A stretch of DNA of 64,000 bases from Hemiscyllium ocellatum (lineage: Eukaryota). The notes beneath the pieces were generated by a model. It saw nothing but the letters and a program-made list of their open reading frames with translations. It was not told where the DNA came from and did not search any database. The position numbers and the translations under genes were made by a program. The stretch spans positions 22,816,001 through 22,880,000 of the forward strand of contig NC_083437.1 in assembly GCF_020745735.1 (NCBI RefSeq), in the 5' to 3' direction. Below, in pieces: positions 26,480-41,225 of this stretch (its first letter is position 1; each line of letters begins with the position of its first letter).

Positions 26480-28050
26480 CACCCAATATTTTGGGTGACT
26501 TTAATGTACATTTACACAGGAAAATCAAGAATGGCAGAGGTAGCCTGGATAGGGGTTCACAGAATGCTTGTAAGAAAGTTTAGGGTTACAAGTTCTGGAA
26601 CTGACCAGAGGGCAATTTATATGAAACTTTGTATTGTGTAATGTGACTGGATTAGTTAGTGAACTCTGAATAAAGGTTAAGTGGCAGCAATCCCACCATG
26701 GTTGGAATTTACATTGTTTGAAAGGTGGAAGATTGGTCTTGGACAAGTATTTGAAATTGAAGTATGGACATGAAAGCTGCTAGCTGTAATGAAATGGTAC
26801 ACAATGCTAGGGTATAGATCAATAGAGATCCCTGGCAGACATGTCATGGGATAGCTCAGAACACTCAATAAATATATTCCTGCATAAAGAAAACCTCTCG
26901 TGAGGACCAACCACCATCTTTGGCTCATTTAAAAAAAAAGTTACGGAACATGTCAAACTTGAGAAAGCACATACGTGAGCAAATAGCTATTGTGGCACAA
27001 GTGGTAGTGTCTCTCCGTCTGGGCCAGGTGATCCTGATTCAAATCCCACCTGCTTCAGGGGTGTGCAGTAACTTCTGTGAACAGGTTGTTTAGAAAATAA
27101 TCTGTAACTGCACAAAAATGAGTGCAGTCCACATGCAATATAAAGAATATCAGAGGGATTAATGCTTAATCGAGAGGTGAAATTGGAATTTGAGAGGAAG
27201 TTAGCAAGAAATTCAAAAAGAGTTTCTGCAGGTGTTTAAAAGGAAAAGACTCAAGGTGAATGTAGATCTTATAGAGTGTGACCATGGGGAGTTAATAGAT
27301 AATAGTGCATTGGAGGTGGTATAGAGGAAGTTTACTGAATTGATATCTGGAATGAGTGAGTTATCTTGTGAGGATTGGTGGTTGGATAGGTTAGGCTTTT
27401 TTCAATTCAGTTTAGAAGACTGCGGGATGACTTGTTTGAAATGTGTACAATCCTAAATGGCCTTGACAAGGAGGAAACGGAGGGATAGTGGCAGAACCCC
27501 TAGTTAATGTTTTGGAGGCATGGGTTAATCCCACCATGGTAGATGGGGAAATTTGGATTTGTTTAATGCCAACCATGTAACTGTTGTTGATTGTTATAAA
27601 AACCTATCTGGTTCACTCATGTCCTTTGGGGAAAGAATTCTGTTGTCCTTACCAGATTTGGCCTATATGTGACTGCAAGCTCATAGCAATGTGGTCGAAG
27701 CTTAACTGCTCCCTGAGCAATTAGGGGTGGACAATAAATGTTGGCCCAGCCCACCAAGCCCATATTCCATAAAGAAAGAAAAAGATGTTTCATCTTGTGG
27801 TGTGTCCAGAACTAGGGGACACTCTTTTAAAATTAGTGGTCATCTAAGTTGAGAATTCTTTTCTAGGGTTGTGCAACTTTGAAATTCTGTCTCTGAAAGC
27901 AAAAGAAGTGGCATCACTGAATATTTTAAAGGCTGATGCACATAGCTTCACTGTTACCCAAGAGACTTAAAGGTTGTTGAGGGGTAGGTGCACGTGTGGA
28001 ATTGAAATCCTAAAGAGATCAAAAGTGATCTTATTAGATGGCGAATAGGC
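26480..28050 (+). mobile_element. Highly decayed CR1 pieces with nested SINEs
   Basis: ggtgactttaat (GDFN), CR1 3' region at 27300-27480 and 27785-28040; SINE-like inserts at ~26990 and 27485-27770. Confidence 0.55.
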
Positions 28051-31000
28051 CTATTCTCCTATTTTGTAAGAAGGAGGAACTGAATGTAACTCACTTCAGT
28101 TATCAAAAGGTTATACCACATTAGCTGAGACTAAATGTTAGTTCTTTTTATGAAAAACAACTTCCAACCTGTTCATTTAAGTGTCAACTCATTAACTGAC
28201 TGGCTTCTTAGGAAAAACATTTGGCAAAATGTTCAAATAATATTTTTAACTCAGTCAATTATATTGCTTTGAAATGTAACTTTTCGTGAGGTACTTCTGA
28301 ATTTTGGACAATCAAGGTAGGTCCTTGTTTCCTGTATAGCAATAGCTAAGTCGTAGAACTGTCAGCAATTTGATTCTGTAGCAGGGCCAAGAGAAAAAGA
28401 AAACTTGAAAATTGGTGCTAAAGCTTTCTGTATGTCATGAATTGGGAATGGATGTAATTCTGACTATCTTATGAGTGATGTTGAATGCATGGATTGTAAC
28501 ATCTCCCTGGAAGGAAGGCAGAAGCGGACAGCCTTGCCAGCAAGTTTGTGGTCTCTGTCTAATTACAAAAGGCATTACTAGTCTGTGCATGAAGACCTAT
28601 CAGGTAGGGGAAATTTTGTGGAAACTAAGGGAAGAAAGGGCATTTTGTCTGAAGCTAGTCAGTAATGTTTGTGTAATCTCATACTCTATGTAGGTCACTG
28701 CACTTCTCATAATTTTATACAGATGGCATTTACAAATCACAAAAGCACAAATAAATATGGAAATAAGACCATCTGTTTTCAGTTACTAAAACTCCATTAG
28801 CTAAATTACCATTTCAAATTGCTACACAAAGGCAGATGCAGCATGACAATGTACTCTCTCTATATGAGTATAGAAGGACTGCTGGATTGATTTTTAGCAT
28901 GATTACCCTTATTAAACCATTAACCTTTCTATTCAGAGAAATTGTTTTTTGTCTTAAAATAGACCAATGAGATTGTGTCTGTTTTCACAGCATTTGAGAG
29001 ATTCAGGTCTAAAATGTGTTTTTAAAAAATAATTTGTCTTTAAGGCTTGATTGTTAAAATCTTAAATCAGAACACTCAAATTGACACTAAAACACTTGGA
29101 TAAAATGCAAGGTTGATCTGAAGCAGTAAGCTCAAATTCAGTTTGGAAATGGATAATGAAGCCCACCTTTTCACTGAAGGGTTATAAAGGTCGCACTTCA
29201 AATGAGTTTTGGCATCCTCCAGCTAGTCCCAATAGAACTGGATCTACAGCACAAACTACCATTAGTGCACTTCATAAATAATACAGATATTGTGGGAACA
29301 CTCAACAGAATATTAATGTTTCAGAGAACAATAAGACTTCTGTTCCAGTTTGAAGCCGCTTCTACATTTAAGGCTATTGGCCAGGCTAATTGCTCATGTA
29401 CTATTTAATTTAATGTGATACTTGTTTCCATCAATCAGTATCAAATTATAAAAACAATTTAAATCCCAAGAGTCATTTGGCAACTTTGTCTAGTGAAATG
29501 GGTCAAAAGTTTCCATGACAGCCAAGTTATTAGATTTGGGCTTCGGAAGTATTGTAGAAGATGGGCTTAACTATTTGAGCTGCACGCTATCTGTGGCATT
29601 GAAGCATCATAATGGTCAGCGTGTTCAGCTTATATCCTGTGCTTGAAGGGCTGAGCACAGAGGCAGATTGATAACTCAAACCACATTGATCGATTTTAGT
29701 TAAATCTGTAAATTGTAGGTAAAGTTCAGAAATCAAAATCCGCATTTATAAGGAAACAGACTGGAACTTGTAGGTAATATTGAGTGCCATTCTCTCAGGA
29801 CAGCTGATCTTCAGAAGGAAGGAAAGAAATCGGATTAATTACGTGAATAAAAATGCATCAATGACAGTATAAATGAAATTATTGGAGAGTAATAGAGTGC
29901 TCATCTCAAACAGTTTGCTGATTATTTTGATTGAATAAAATTCCTTGACTTGGTAGCTGTACTGTTATCTCCTACACTTTTCTGTAGCTGCAATTTTTAG
30001 TTATATTTGAAGTTTACATTTGTAAATTTGATGGACCTGAGCATGCTGAAATTGAACTATCTGTACTCTTACTTCAAAGATGTGTCATAAAGGAATGAAG
30101 GTTTATTGGGGTTAATACTCTCATCAGCCTTTTTACTCAGTGCTTAAAACTTCTTCACACTCTATTTAACATGTTAGCCTGTGTTTCCAGAGAACTCCTA
30201 GGTCAATGACTGTTAAATGAATTAACAAAGTAATATAAGTAAGAAGTCATAATTCTTTCACTTGTTTGCTCTTGTTCTGTCTTCCCTTTTCCAGATCCTT
30301 ATTCGTATTGCCATCTTCCACCTTTTGTCTCCTCTGACTTCTCAGTCCCACTCTCAATGGTTGTTCTCTTGTCCTTTTGGTTGTTTCAATCTCTTTTTAT
30401 CCTCTGCATTACTTATATCTGGTCTTCTCAGATGCTGCTCTTGCTCTTGCTCTTGCTCTTGCGCTTGCGCTTTGCTTTCTTCTGTGCTGTTCTTCCTTAT
30501 CCTGCTGTAACTGTTGCCCTTACTCTACAATCTCTTTCTTTTCTCTTGTACAAACCTATATTATCTGCCTCCCGTCTTCTGTCCTCCACCTTATATCCTT
30601 ACCTGTCAAGCTTTTAATTAATGGTAGTTCCCTCGTATATATGACACCTCTTCACTAGCCCTTTCCTGCATTAGACTGGTCTATTGCAGTCTGCCTTAAG
30701 CTATGAATTTTTGTTTGATGATACTATAAAGTGTCATAATGTTTTATTATGCAAAAGGTGCTATATGAATGCAAATCGATGTGTTTTGAGCTGTGGGTTT
30801 ACCTTGTCTATTAGATCTCTCCCAATAACCCTCACAATTACTGATTTTGTGTCTGTTAGATTTTTGGGTGTTCTCATCACAGTTACCTGAGAAAGGTAAT
30901 TGGCCATCTGAAAGCAATTTTCAGATCGGTTATTGAGTTTAAGATGCAGCAGCTTAGATAATACGTTATTTAATTAGACAAAGGAAATATGCACCCATGA

Positions 31001-34000
31001 CAGATGAAAATACTTTCCTAATCTCAAAGTGATCCTGTAGGATCAAGGAACAGGCAAAAACATAAGGTTTTGAAGTTTTTTGTCCCTGATTTTTCGCCGT
31101 CTTTGTTCTTCCCTTGAGCTGACAGAGGGGAACTCCTAGCTTTTCCCAAGAAGCTGGTGGCTCATTCTCCTGGATTGTCATGACCTCTCTCATTTCCCAC
31201 TTAACCAAGTTGATATCCCTTAATTTGTGAAATGGTGATTAATGCTGTTCCAATCACCTGTCTGTATCCTCTTGGCCAGTGACCGTGACAGCTACTTAAG
31301 ATGACGGGATGACTTACCTCCTTGCTCACCTCCATTTGAAGGTGAATTTTCATTTCTCTAAAGAACTAAACACCAAATTCTCCCTCATTCTGCATTGATA
31401 ATAAAGTAGTGTGGGCCTGATTAAACTTTGGAACGTGGAACATCCAACATCATAACCTTGGTGACTCTTATGACATTTCTTTTGTTTCTCGTGCTAGATA
31501 TTTCTTCACTGTTGGTAAACTATTACTGTAACATAGTTAGGTAAGTTCTTGCAACATAGGAAAGACTAAATATAGAGTTCTTAAAGAATTTGGGCACTCT
31601 GCAAAATATACATGTAAAAGGTTACTGAGCACTGTATATAATGAAGTACAACATGAAACATATAATTCCACAGAATTGCAACTTAACTGGATGAAAAATT
31701 TGAAAATAGCCACTCTACATGGTCTTTGTTCAGTCACTTAGTGTGTGCTTTTGATTTATATATCATGAATTGAAGTACAGAATGCCAACTGTTAAGGCAG
31801 TTTGTTCATTTATGTTTAAGTAAGTCAACTCGAAGTCCATTTTTTATTTCATTTTATTTGCAGCATTTGAAAAGTCTAGGCTTTTCCTCTAAGTCAAATA
31901 GCTTCAGTGTATTAAACTTTGATTAACCTTCCTCAATGTCTTATGATGTGTGAGACAGTGATATTTAGGGTAATGTGCTTTTTGTTTTGTTTGCCCTGAG
32001 ATTTTAATTAGCTTTCATCCACCATTTATGCCAGGACAATAGCATCCCTAGGATTGCACGATCAACCCCTGCTTATTTAGGTATGTGACCATAAAATGAT
32101 GATTGGAGTCTCCACTTCAATAACTCATTGCTGCTGGTCTTCGTATGCTTTCGTATTTGAATCTTTGGATGTTCCTGAATTTTTTTTTCAGCAAAGTCTG
32201 CCAAATCCAAAAACGTCTATTTGGATTTTTGAGAGTTTAGATGTTTTTTTCAAACAGGATGTGGCTATAGATTTTGGGGAACCATTTGAGATCAAAATGT
32301 CCAGTAGTTAAAATCTTTAAGTCACACTTCATGTTGGTATTTCTTTTTACAGACACACGATACAAAATACTGTCAGAATTTCATACAAAATGCAATCATT
32401 TTTAATGCCAGTTTAAACTTTGTGTGACTGTAGGCAGCAACATCACAGTAAAATCTTACAAAGACAGTGACTTAATTAATGGAATTTTACTTCTGTGAAA
32501 AGTTTATTATCCAAATGTGTTGTCCTAAAATGGAAATTGAGAATGTAAAAATTAGAGGTGCTAATGAGTTCACTTTCTGCCTGACCTTCTAGTACGTTTT
32601 TTTTTCATAAATAAGGGGAAAATTGAAACAGGCTTTTCCGTGTTTCCCTCATGATAATTCTACAATCAGCTGACAGTTCTAAAATAATTATCCTTAAGTG
32701 TGGTTGCCCAGAAATAAGACCACTAGTTTGGATGTTGTGGGGAAAATGCATTGCAATTTTTCATCTACTTTTGAGTCTTTCTGCACTACTGCTGTATGCT
32801 ACAGATCACAAAATGGGAAAATTTTATACTGTTTTTTAAATTTTTGTTTAGCAGCTCTTGATGCTCTTTCCTTTTCTCACCATTTACAAATCTGAGCTAA
32901 AGAAGCATTTTAGAAATGTTTCTTATTTAATTTAGTTGTCATAGAGACTAGTTTATCAGTTAGACTGAATTGGAGACTTGCACAGATTCTTTCAGCTATA
33001 AGGCACAGTTGATAGTTTTCCATTTTCCCAGTAGAAACTGGTACTGATCAGTTCAGAAATTGTTGAGAGTAGTCTTGTAACGATCAGTTATATTTTTACT
33101 CTTCAAATGCTGCAGCTAACCTAATACCTATCTCTAAGTGACTGACTGACTGACTGTTTTGAAATGTACGAATAAAGCAACTTCTTCTTACTGATTTTGC
33201 ACTTTGGTGCTATTTAGATACTCTCTTTTATGTGACTATCTAGGTTTTTGTTGTGTATCATCTCTCAGTGGCGACATTTCTTGCCTAATCTTGGTTTAGA
33301 AGAGAAATACAGGTATTTTCTAAACAACCTGTTCAGAGATGTTCTTTAACACCCCTGTACTAGGGAGGACTTGAACCCAGGTCTACTGGTATAGAAGTAG
33401 GTATGCTACCAGTGCACCACAAGAACCCTATAAACTTACTTGCGAGATGGCTGATGATAAAATCACAATCATAGACATGCCTGAATTACCTATGGAGTAA
33501 ATTAGTCATTTGTGGGTTGCAAAGATTGTTGTGATTAAGGAGGGAATTGCCTAAATTCCATGATCCATAGTCTTGGGCAATTTCCTGAATTCTCAAAAAC
33601 TGCTTTTTGATTAATTGATCTTGTTTACCTGAATCTTTCTCTGATACGCACATCCTGATTTCCCTTTTCTAGTGTCTGCTGGTGATTTGTGTAGTTGTCT
33701 AACTGAAAATGCTAATTCCAGTTCATCACTTTTTTACTGATATTTTGGGTAAAGTACTAAAATTGGGAGAATTATATTCTATTTACCCTGAAGCATTTTC
33801 TGGGGTAGATTGTTGCTACCTGTCTGGATGACGTCATGGAGTTGATGTTCTGGGGATATACAATTCTAATTTCCAAAAAGCATTTCATGAAAATACAACA
33901 AAATAGAATTGTTAGCAGAGTTGCTGCCTGTGGGATGAAAGAGGCACTAGCTGTGAGGATAAACATTTGTCCTCTGAAGGACAGAAAGCAGATAATGTCA

Positions 34001-36870
34001 TTGAACAGTTGTTTTTCAGATGGGGTAAGAGTGGATAATGGTATCCCCTGGAGTTGATAACCTTAGCTCGGTGTGGCAATTGAAGCCATGCTGTTGGTGT
34101 TACTTTGCAAACTGGCCATCCAGCCAACTGAGCTAACCAACCTTCTCTGTATAGTAGTGACCAGACTTGGTAATTAGTTTAGCTGCAAAGTGCTTTAGAC
34201 AACCAGAGGTAATGAAAGGCATGGCTATACTCTAAATCCATATCCATACCCATATCCATATCCATTTTTAATTGAGTAGATTTTTGACACCATTTTATGA
34301 ACTCTTTCACCTCTGTTGCAAACATACTCTGAAGGTTTCACTTAGCAGTCAAGCTGGCCATTTCTCATTCACTTCAGTTAACTGTGCCTTCAGCTGATTG
34401 AATAGCATTTATTTTTGCTGCCAGAAGAACCAAATAATTGCTAGGGATGCAATTTGGTTCAGACGTCATCTCTGAAACAGAAATTAAGTTTCCAAGTGTC
34501 TCACAAGATTGCAGTCCAAATAGTTTATATTTAATTATATACTGTATAAACTTGTGTAAAAGTTGAATGTTTAAAGATTTTGTTTGTTTGTTTTTGATTA
34601 AATTTATGGAGTCAACTATTAAATTGATACTACTTTTGAGGGCCTGCAAGTCATGTGACAGACCAAAATACCATATCATTAGCAGAAGCCCAAATGATCT
34701 CTAAGTGAATAAAGAAAAAAAATGTTGATGTTATCTTTGAAGAACGAGGGTTATGTTTACTCGAGATGTATGAAAATTCCAGATTTTTTGGCTAAAAATA
34801 GAGGGTTGTCGTTTACATTGACTGACTTTTACTTGAGTATATACAGCATATTGTTTACTGAACACTGAATCTTAACAAGGCTAGCCTCTGCAATGTTTCA
34901 GCTTAAGTCCTTTGTGATTAATTTGGAGGTTTTTTTCCTGATCTTACCAGCTTTTTATCTGTGCTGCATATATTATAGAGGTTCAGATTGGGATCCAGTG
35001 TATTTGTGCATCCAGTCAGTCTCCTCTGGCACTACTCTGGATATAATCTTGTGTAGGATTAGAATAAAAGTTTAGAGCTAATGAATGTGGTTATAAGTCA
35101 TCTGGATAGTATTGAAACTTAAAACTTGATTTTAATTCAGATTAGAATGTTTCAATATTTAAGGCTCCTTAACATTTTGTTGTATCTTGGAATCTTTGTC
35201 TACCATGTTTCATTTGTTTAGAACTGCATTCATGTTTTAATGTATTCTTTACATTAAGGTTAAATAAAGTCGGAGTCTTGCAACATATATAAGCAGCCAG
35301 TATTGAAGTTCAACCCACTGAAATGCAGTTCTATATGATCAACACTCCTACGTATAAATGGCTTTGCAATTGAAATGTGAACACTAAATAGTCAATTGCA
35401 GCATTGACCGACTGCATGCCTGCTTTTCTCCTGATTAAATCATGCCTTGTACTGAGCTTATTTTTGTAAAGTTCACAAATTTCATTATGTAGTTTAAATA
35501 GCTGAAAAGTTGCTGCCAACAGAGGTTTTTTTTTCTTTTTTTCTTAAAAAGACGAAAGATGTGTTGCAAAAGGCAGACTTGACCTCTTTGTAAAGTCCCT
35601 TCTCGTGGGCCCCAGCCCTAGGGTTAAGGGCAACAGAAAAAGACCTTAATGCATCTCTGTCTGGGAGACAGGTGGTGTGCAGCAGAGATGAAGGTGAAAG
35701 GTCGAAATCATTCCCCATTTTGTACATTCTTGTTGATGGTTAACTTGTATTAGTTAGGTATAATTTCTGTGCATAGTATTTTCGGAAATTGTTAATTGTA
35801 GTGGGCTTTGAGGTTCAAAAATGCTTGAAACAAAACAAGTTCTCAAATTCTCGCTGATCTAATGGTCAGAATCTTCAGTAGGGGATTAAATTGACTTTTT
35901 CGTAATTGCGACATTACTGCAGATTAAGGTTAAAGCTGTTAATGAAGTTTATAATGGAATTAAATACTCAGCCACAGAAACTTGCAGCACAGGAAGCTGT
36001 TTGGCCCATTGTGCCCTTGTTGGCTTTTTCAAAGCTCAAGCATGTTTACTAGCACCACCCTGTTTTCTGTCCAAATGTGCAAGCTCCTTATCCTCTAGTA
36101 GCTGCTCCATTCTTCTTATTTATAAAATCCGGTTCCTTTTTCTGACAGATTTCAATTCTTTACTGCTGAATTAGAAAAAATTCTCCTGGTTTCCTATCTT
36201 GTCAGTAATTATGGATCTGTGACCTCTAGTTATTGACTCACATCAGAGGGATTTTTTTTCTGTATACACTATCAAAACCTCTCATTTTATCAGGATGTTA
36301 CCTCCTCTACGATGAGCTTCATCTGTTAAGCTTGTGCTCGTTTCACGACCCTATTTGTGGTTGCTTTGAAATCCATAACAATTCCTATCGCTATCTCCTA
36401 CTTTGCCAAGTTTTGTATCATCTGGATGTTGCATAATGCTGCTCCCTGCACCCAAGTCAAGATCATTTTTATATAAAACTACAAAAAAGGATCCAAATTA
36501 GTCCTTGGGTAACACCACTGAGAACCATCTTCCAGCCTGAAGAATTGCAAACCATTGCCATGCTTTTCATTACATTGCTAATTAATTGTAGCATCTGCAC
36601 TGCTACTCTTATTTTAATTCCACAAGCTGCTATCTTCAATAAGCTTCGTAAGTGATACTTTGTTGAATACCTTCTGAAAGGCTACTGGTTGGCATGGACG
36701 AATTGGACTGAAAGGTCTGTTTCCATGCTGCGCATCTCTATGGCTGTGACTCTATATGCAATATCTACATGATCTTTCACTGTATCATGTTTTTGCAAGG
36801 TTTGCGAAGGTTTGTAGCTCAGGTTGAGGTTTAGGGTGTAGGTTTGCTCGCTGAGATGTAGGTTTGATAT

Positions 36871-36910
36871 CCAGACGTTTCATTACCTGGCTAGGTAACA
36901 TCATCAGTGG
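36871..36910 (-). ncRNA. Minimal type I hammerhead ribozyme motif, intact core
   Basis: Reverse complement: cca-CTGATGA-tgttacc tagcca ggtaat-GAAA-CGTC-tgg. Confidence 0.7.
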
Positions 36911-37612
36911 CGACCTCCAAGTGAAGCGAAGCTGTTGTCTCCTGCTTTCTAATTATGTTTGTCCTGGATGGGGTTCCTCGGGTTTGTGATGATGTCATTT
37001 CCTGTTCATTTTCTGAGGGGTTGATAGATGGTATCTAGATTTATGCGTTTGTTTATGGCGTTGTGGTTGGAGTACCAGGCTTCTAGGAATTCTTTGGCAT
37101 GTCTTTGCTTAGCCTGTCCCAGGATAGATGTGTTGTCCCAGTCAAAATGGTGGTTATTTTCATCCGTGTAGGGCTACGAGGGAGAGAGGGTCATGTCTTT
37201 TTGTGGCTAGCTGGTGTTCATGTATCCTGGTGGCTAACTTTCTTCCTGTTTGTCCTACGTAGTGTTTGTGGCAGTCCGTGCATGGAATTTTGTAGACGAC
37301 GTTGGTTTTGTCCATGGGTTGTACTGGTTCTTTTAAGTTTGTTAGTTTTTGTTTGAGAGTGTTGATGGGTTTGGGTGCTTATAGGATTCCGAGGGGTCTC
37401 AGTAGTCTGGCTGTCATTTCTGAAACTTTTTTGACTAGAGGCCTGGCACTTCAACCACAGCACCATAAACAAACACATAGATCTAGATACCATCTATCAA
37501 CTCCTCAGAAAACGAACAGGAAATGACATCACCACAAACCCCAAGAACCCCATCCAGGACAAACATATAAATAGAAAGCAGGAGACAACAGCTTCACTTC
37601 ACTTGGAAGTCG

Positions 37613-37652
37613 CCACTGATGATGTTACCTAGCCAGGTAATGAAACGTCTGG
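37613..37652 (+). ncRNA. Minimal type I hammerhead ribozyme motif, intact core
   Basis: cca-CTGATGA-tgttacc tagcca ggtaat-GAAA-CGTC-tgg; GUC cleavage triplet; palindromic ACGT in place of helix III. Confidence 0.7.
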
Positions 37653-38247
37653 ATATCAAACCTACAGCTCAGCGAACAAACCTACAACCTAAACTGTATC
37701 ATGTCTAATTTGTTTGAATCCTTTGACATGATTGCTCTTTAATCATTAAATTCATGCTGGCTGTTCTTGATTAACTTTATGTCTTTCCAAATCTAAGTTT
37801 ATTTTATCCATAATTGTGTTTGCGAATAACTTCCTCACCCCAATGTCAGGCTGCTGGTCTGTGGTTCCTGGCTTAATTCGTGAATAATGGTAGAACATGA
37901 ACTAGTCTTCTCACACTACTGTTCTACCCTATGAAGATTGAAAGGTTGTATTTAGTACTGACTACATGAATATTGAATTTTTATTTTACATTTTAGCTTA
38001 AACTTCTGGCATGATCTAAGATCTAAAATTCTATTGCTAATTTAATCTTCAAATTATGATAGAAAATTCTTCACAATGCTCTTAAATGTGGTGACAGTCT
38101 GATGTAAGATTGCTGTTGTATGTGCAGTTTAATTTCCAGTTCACTGAATCATAGTTTTTACAGCATGGAAAGAGGCTCTTTGACCTATCATGTAGGCGTT
38201 AGTCATCAAACTTCCATCTATGCTAATTCAGTTTTCCTTGTATGCTG

Positions 38248-39776
38248 TGTCATAGAGATGTACAGCTTGAAAACAGACCCTTCAGTCCAACCTGTCCATG
38301 CCAACCAGATATCCTAACCCAATTTAGTCCCACCTACCAGCACCCGGCCCATATCCCTCCAAAACCTTCCTATTTATATACCCATCCAAATGCCTCTTAA
38401 ATGTTGCAATTGTACCAGCCTCCACCGCATCCTCTGGCAGCTCATTCCATACACGTACCATCCTCTGCGTGAAAATGTTGCCCCTTCGGTCTCTTTTATA
38501 TCTCTCCCATCTCCCTAAACCTATGCCCTCTAGTTCTGTACTCCCTGACCACAGAGAAAAAACTTTGCCTATTTATCCTATCCATGCCCCTCATAATTTT
38601 GTAAACCTCTATAAGGTCACCCCTCAGCCTCTGACGCTCCAGGGAAAGCAGCCCCAGCCTGTTCAGCCTCTCCCTGTAGCTCAGATCCTCCAACCCTGGC
38701 AACATCCTTGTAAATCTTTTCTGAACCCTTTCAAGATTCACAACATCTTTCCGATAGGAAGGAGACCATAATTGCACGCAATATTCTTAACAGTGGCCTA
38801 ACCAGTGTCCTGTACAACCGCAACATGACCTGCCAACTTCTGTACTCAATACTCTGACCAATAAAAGAAAGCATATCAAATGCTGCCTTCACTATCCTAT
38901 TTACTTGTGACTCCACTTCCAAGGAGCTATGAACCTGCACTCCAAGGTCTCTTTGTTCAGCAACACTCCCTTGGACCTTACCATTTAAGTATCTAAGTCC
39001 TGCTAAGATTTGCTTTCCCAAAATGCAGCACCTCGCATTTATCTGAATTTAACTCCATCTGTCATTTCTCAGCCCATTGGCCCATCTGGTCCAGATCATG
39101 TTGTAATCTGAAGTAATCCTCTTCACTGTCCACTACATCTCCAATTTTGGTGTGATCTGCAAACTTACTAACTGTACCTCTTATGCTCGCATCCAAATCA
39201 TTTATGTAAATGACAAAAGATAGAGGGCCCAGCACTGATCCTTGTGGCACTGCAATGATCACAGGCCTCCAGTCTGAAAAACAACCCTCCACCACCACCC
39301 TCTGTCTTCTATCTTTGAGCCAGTTCTGTATCCAAATGGCTGGTTCTCCCTGTATTCCATGAGATCTAACCTTGCTAATCAGTCTCCCATGGGGAACCTT
39401 GTCAAACGCCTGACTGAAGTCCACATAGATCACATTACTGCTCTGCCCTCATCAATCTTCTCTGTTATTTCTTCAAAAAACTCAATCAAGTTTGTGAGAC
39501 ATTATTTCCTACGCATAAAGCCATGTTGACTATCCCGAATCAGTCCTTGCCTTTCCAAATACATGTATATCCTGTCCCTCAGGATTCCCTCCAACAACTT
39601 GCCCACCACAGAGGTCAGACTCACTGGTCTATCGTTCCTGGCTTGTCTTTACTGCCCTTCTTAAAGAGTGGCACCATGTTTGCCAGCCTCCAGTCTTCCG
39701 GCACCTCACCTGTGACTATCGATGGTACAAATATCTCAGCAAGAAGCCCAGCAATCACTTCTCTAGCTTCCCACAG
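38248..39776 (-). mobile_element. CR1 LINE, 5'-truncated
   Basis: YVDFSQAFD, VPQGSVLGP, KFADHTK, LERVQKRFTRM; same subfamily as 10185-12330. Confidence 0.95.
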
Positions 39777-40179
39777 TCCTCATCTAAATAGTTCACCAAT
39801 GACTTGTAATGTCACAACAGTTTAAATGTCATATCCCTGATAGAACATAGAACATTACAGCTCAGTACAGGCCCTTCGGCCCTCGATGTTGCGCCACCCT
39901 GTTAGGCTCTCCCTGTCCACCCTATCTAATCCTCTGGTTATCTTGTATGTCTCTATTAAGTCCCCTCTCATGGTAGTAACTGATTTGTTTTGCAACTCTT
40001 CCTCACTTCTTGCTCCATTTGCTAATGTGAGGTTTTGAATTTTGACCTCTTCCACTTATTGCCAACATTTCTCCTAACTTCCTACTGGCAGCACTAAAGT
40101 ACCTCAGCAAAGTGTAAGTCATTCACGTGACTTCACAACTCATCTGGGTCATCAGTTGATGTTCACACACAGGAAGACA

Positions 40180-40435
40180 GAGCGCAGAAACAGACCCTTT
40201 GGTCCAACTTGTTTGCATTGACCAGACATCCCAGTCTGATCTAGGCCCATTTGCCAGCATTTGGCCCATACCCCTCTAAACCCTACCTATTCATGTATCC
40301 ATCCAGATGCCTTTTAAATGTTGTAATTGTACCTGACTTCAGTACCTCTGGCAGCTTGTTCCATACACTCCCCACATTCTTTGTGGAAATCGCTACCCCT
40401 CAGGTCCTTTACCAAATCTTTCTCATGCTTACCTT
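40180..40435 (-). mobile_element. CR1 3' tail fragment
   Basis: gaaacagacccttt..ccatccagatgccttttaaatgttgtaattgtacc, homologous to the CR1 3' ends in this window. Confidence 0.8.
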
Positions 40436-41177
40436 GTAGGTATCCTTCTACTGGGAGTGGAAAACCTGCCCCTCAGTTACCTTTCTCAGTAGTTTTGCCC
40501 TAGATCAACCAATTCAGCTGAGACCTCCCTCGTTTATAAGTCCCAACTACATCCCCAAATAGCTCATGAAGCCATCAGGGACCCTTCAATGCAAAAAAAA
40601 ACTAGACTTTTTTTTGGAGTGAGAGGGTCTGGTCATAAAGTCTCTGATGTGGAACTAATTAGCACCAAGTTGAAGTGTGTTCATTTACTAGTTTGTTAGT
40701 AGGTACCTGTCTGTTTCTTTATACAATCAATCTGTAAAGACTAATAGTACCAGACAAGCTGAAATTCACAGTTGTGCAGGCGGAAGTTTTTTTTCCCCCT
40801 GCAGTAGTTCCTGCAATTTGTTGAACACTATAACTTGACTCCAAGTTATAATTGTGTTAGTTGCCCTCGAGGAAGATTTTCTTTCAAGATAAAAAGCCTA
40901 AATTTGCTTAAACTACCACCTCGTCCCCCCACCCTGATCATCTTTGAGGTCCGTGAGAGGAAAGGTTGATAGACTCGTCCAGTGTTGATTGGGTTGATGC
41001 TGGGTTCTGGAAAATAAGTACAAAAAAGACATGTGACTCTTCAAACTATGACAGTACAGAAATGTTAGATGCTGCAATACCAATAGTCTTAAGTGGTTTC
41101 AAGACTAATGTGATTTAGCTTATGGCTTTTGATGGTTAAATTTCAAGTTTTTAAAAATGTCTGTTTTTACTTTTCAG

Positions 41178-41225
41178 GTGTCGGCCTTGGCTTAGGAATT
41201 GTATTTTCTGTTGTTGCTTTTAAGC
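41178..41225 (+). CDS. MICOS10: MIC10 exon 2 (GVGLGLGIVFSVVAFK-R)
   Basis: ttttcAG acceptor, GTAAGT donor, 48 nt; GxGxGxG TM1 motif; in frame with exons 1 and 3. Confidence 0.95.

Larger units (their letters stand above)
36791..37692. mobile_element. Fold-back Penelope-like insertion (minus arm 36791-37426, plus arm 37435-37692) with 12-bp TSD
   Basis: Same family as 1364-2380; TSD actgtatcatgt at 36779-36790 and 37693-37704. Confidence 0.93.

Noticed and set aside
30262-30658. Hydrophobic ORFs resembling membrane proteins
   Set aside because: They come from a pyrimidine-rich tract with a (GCTCTT)n microsatellite.
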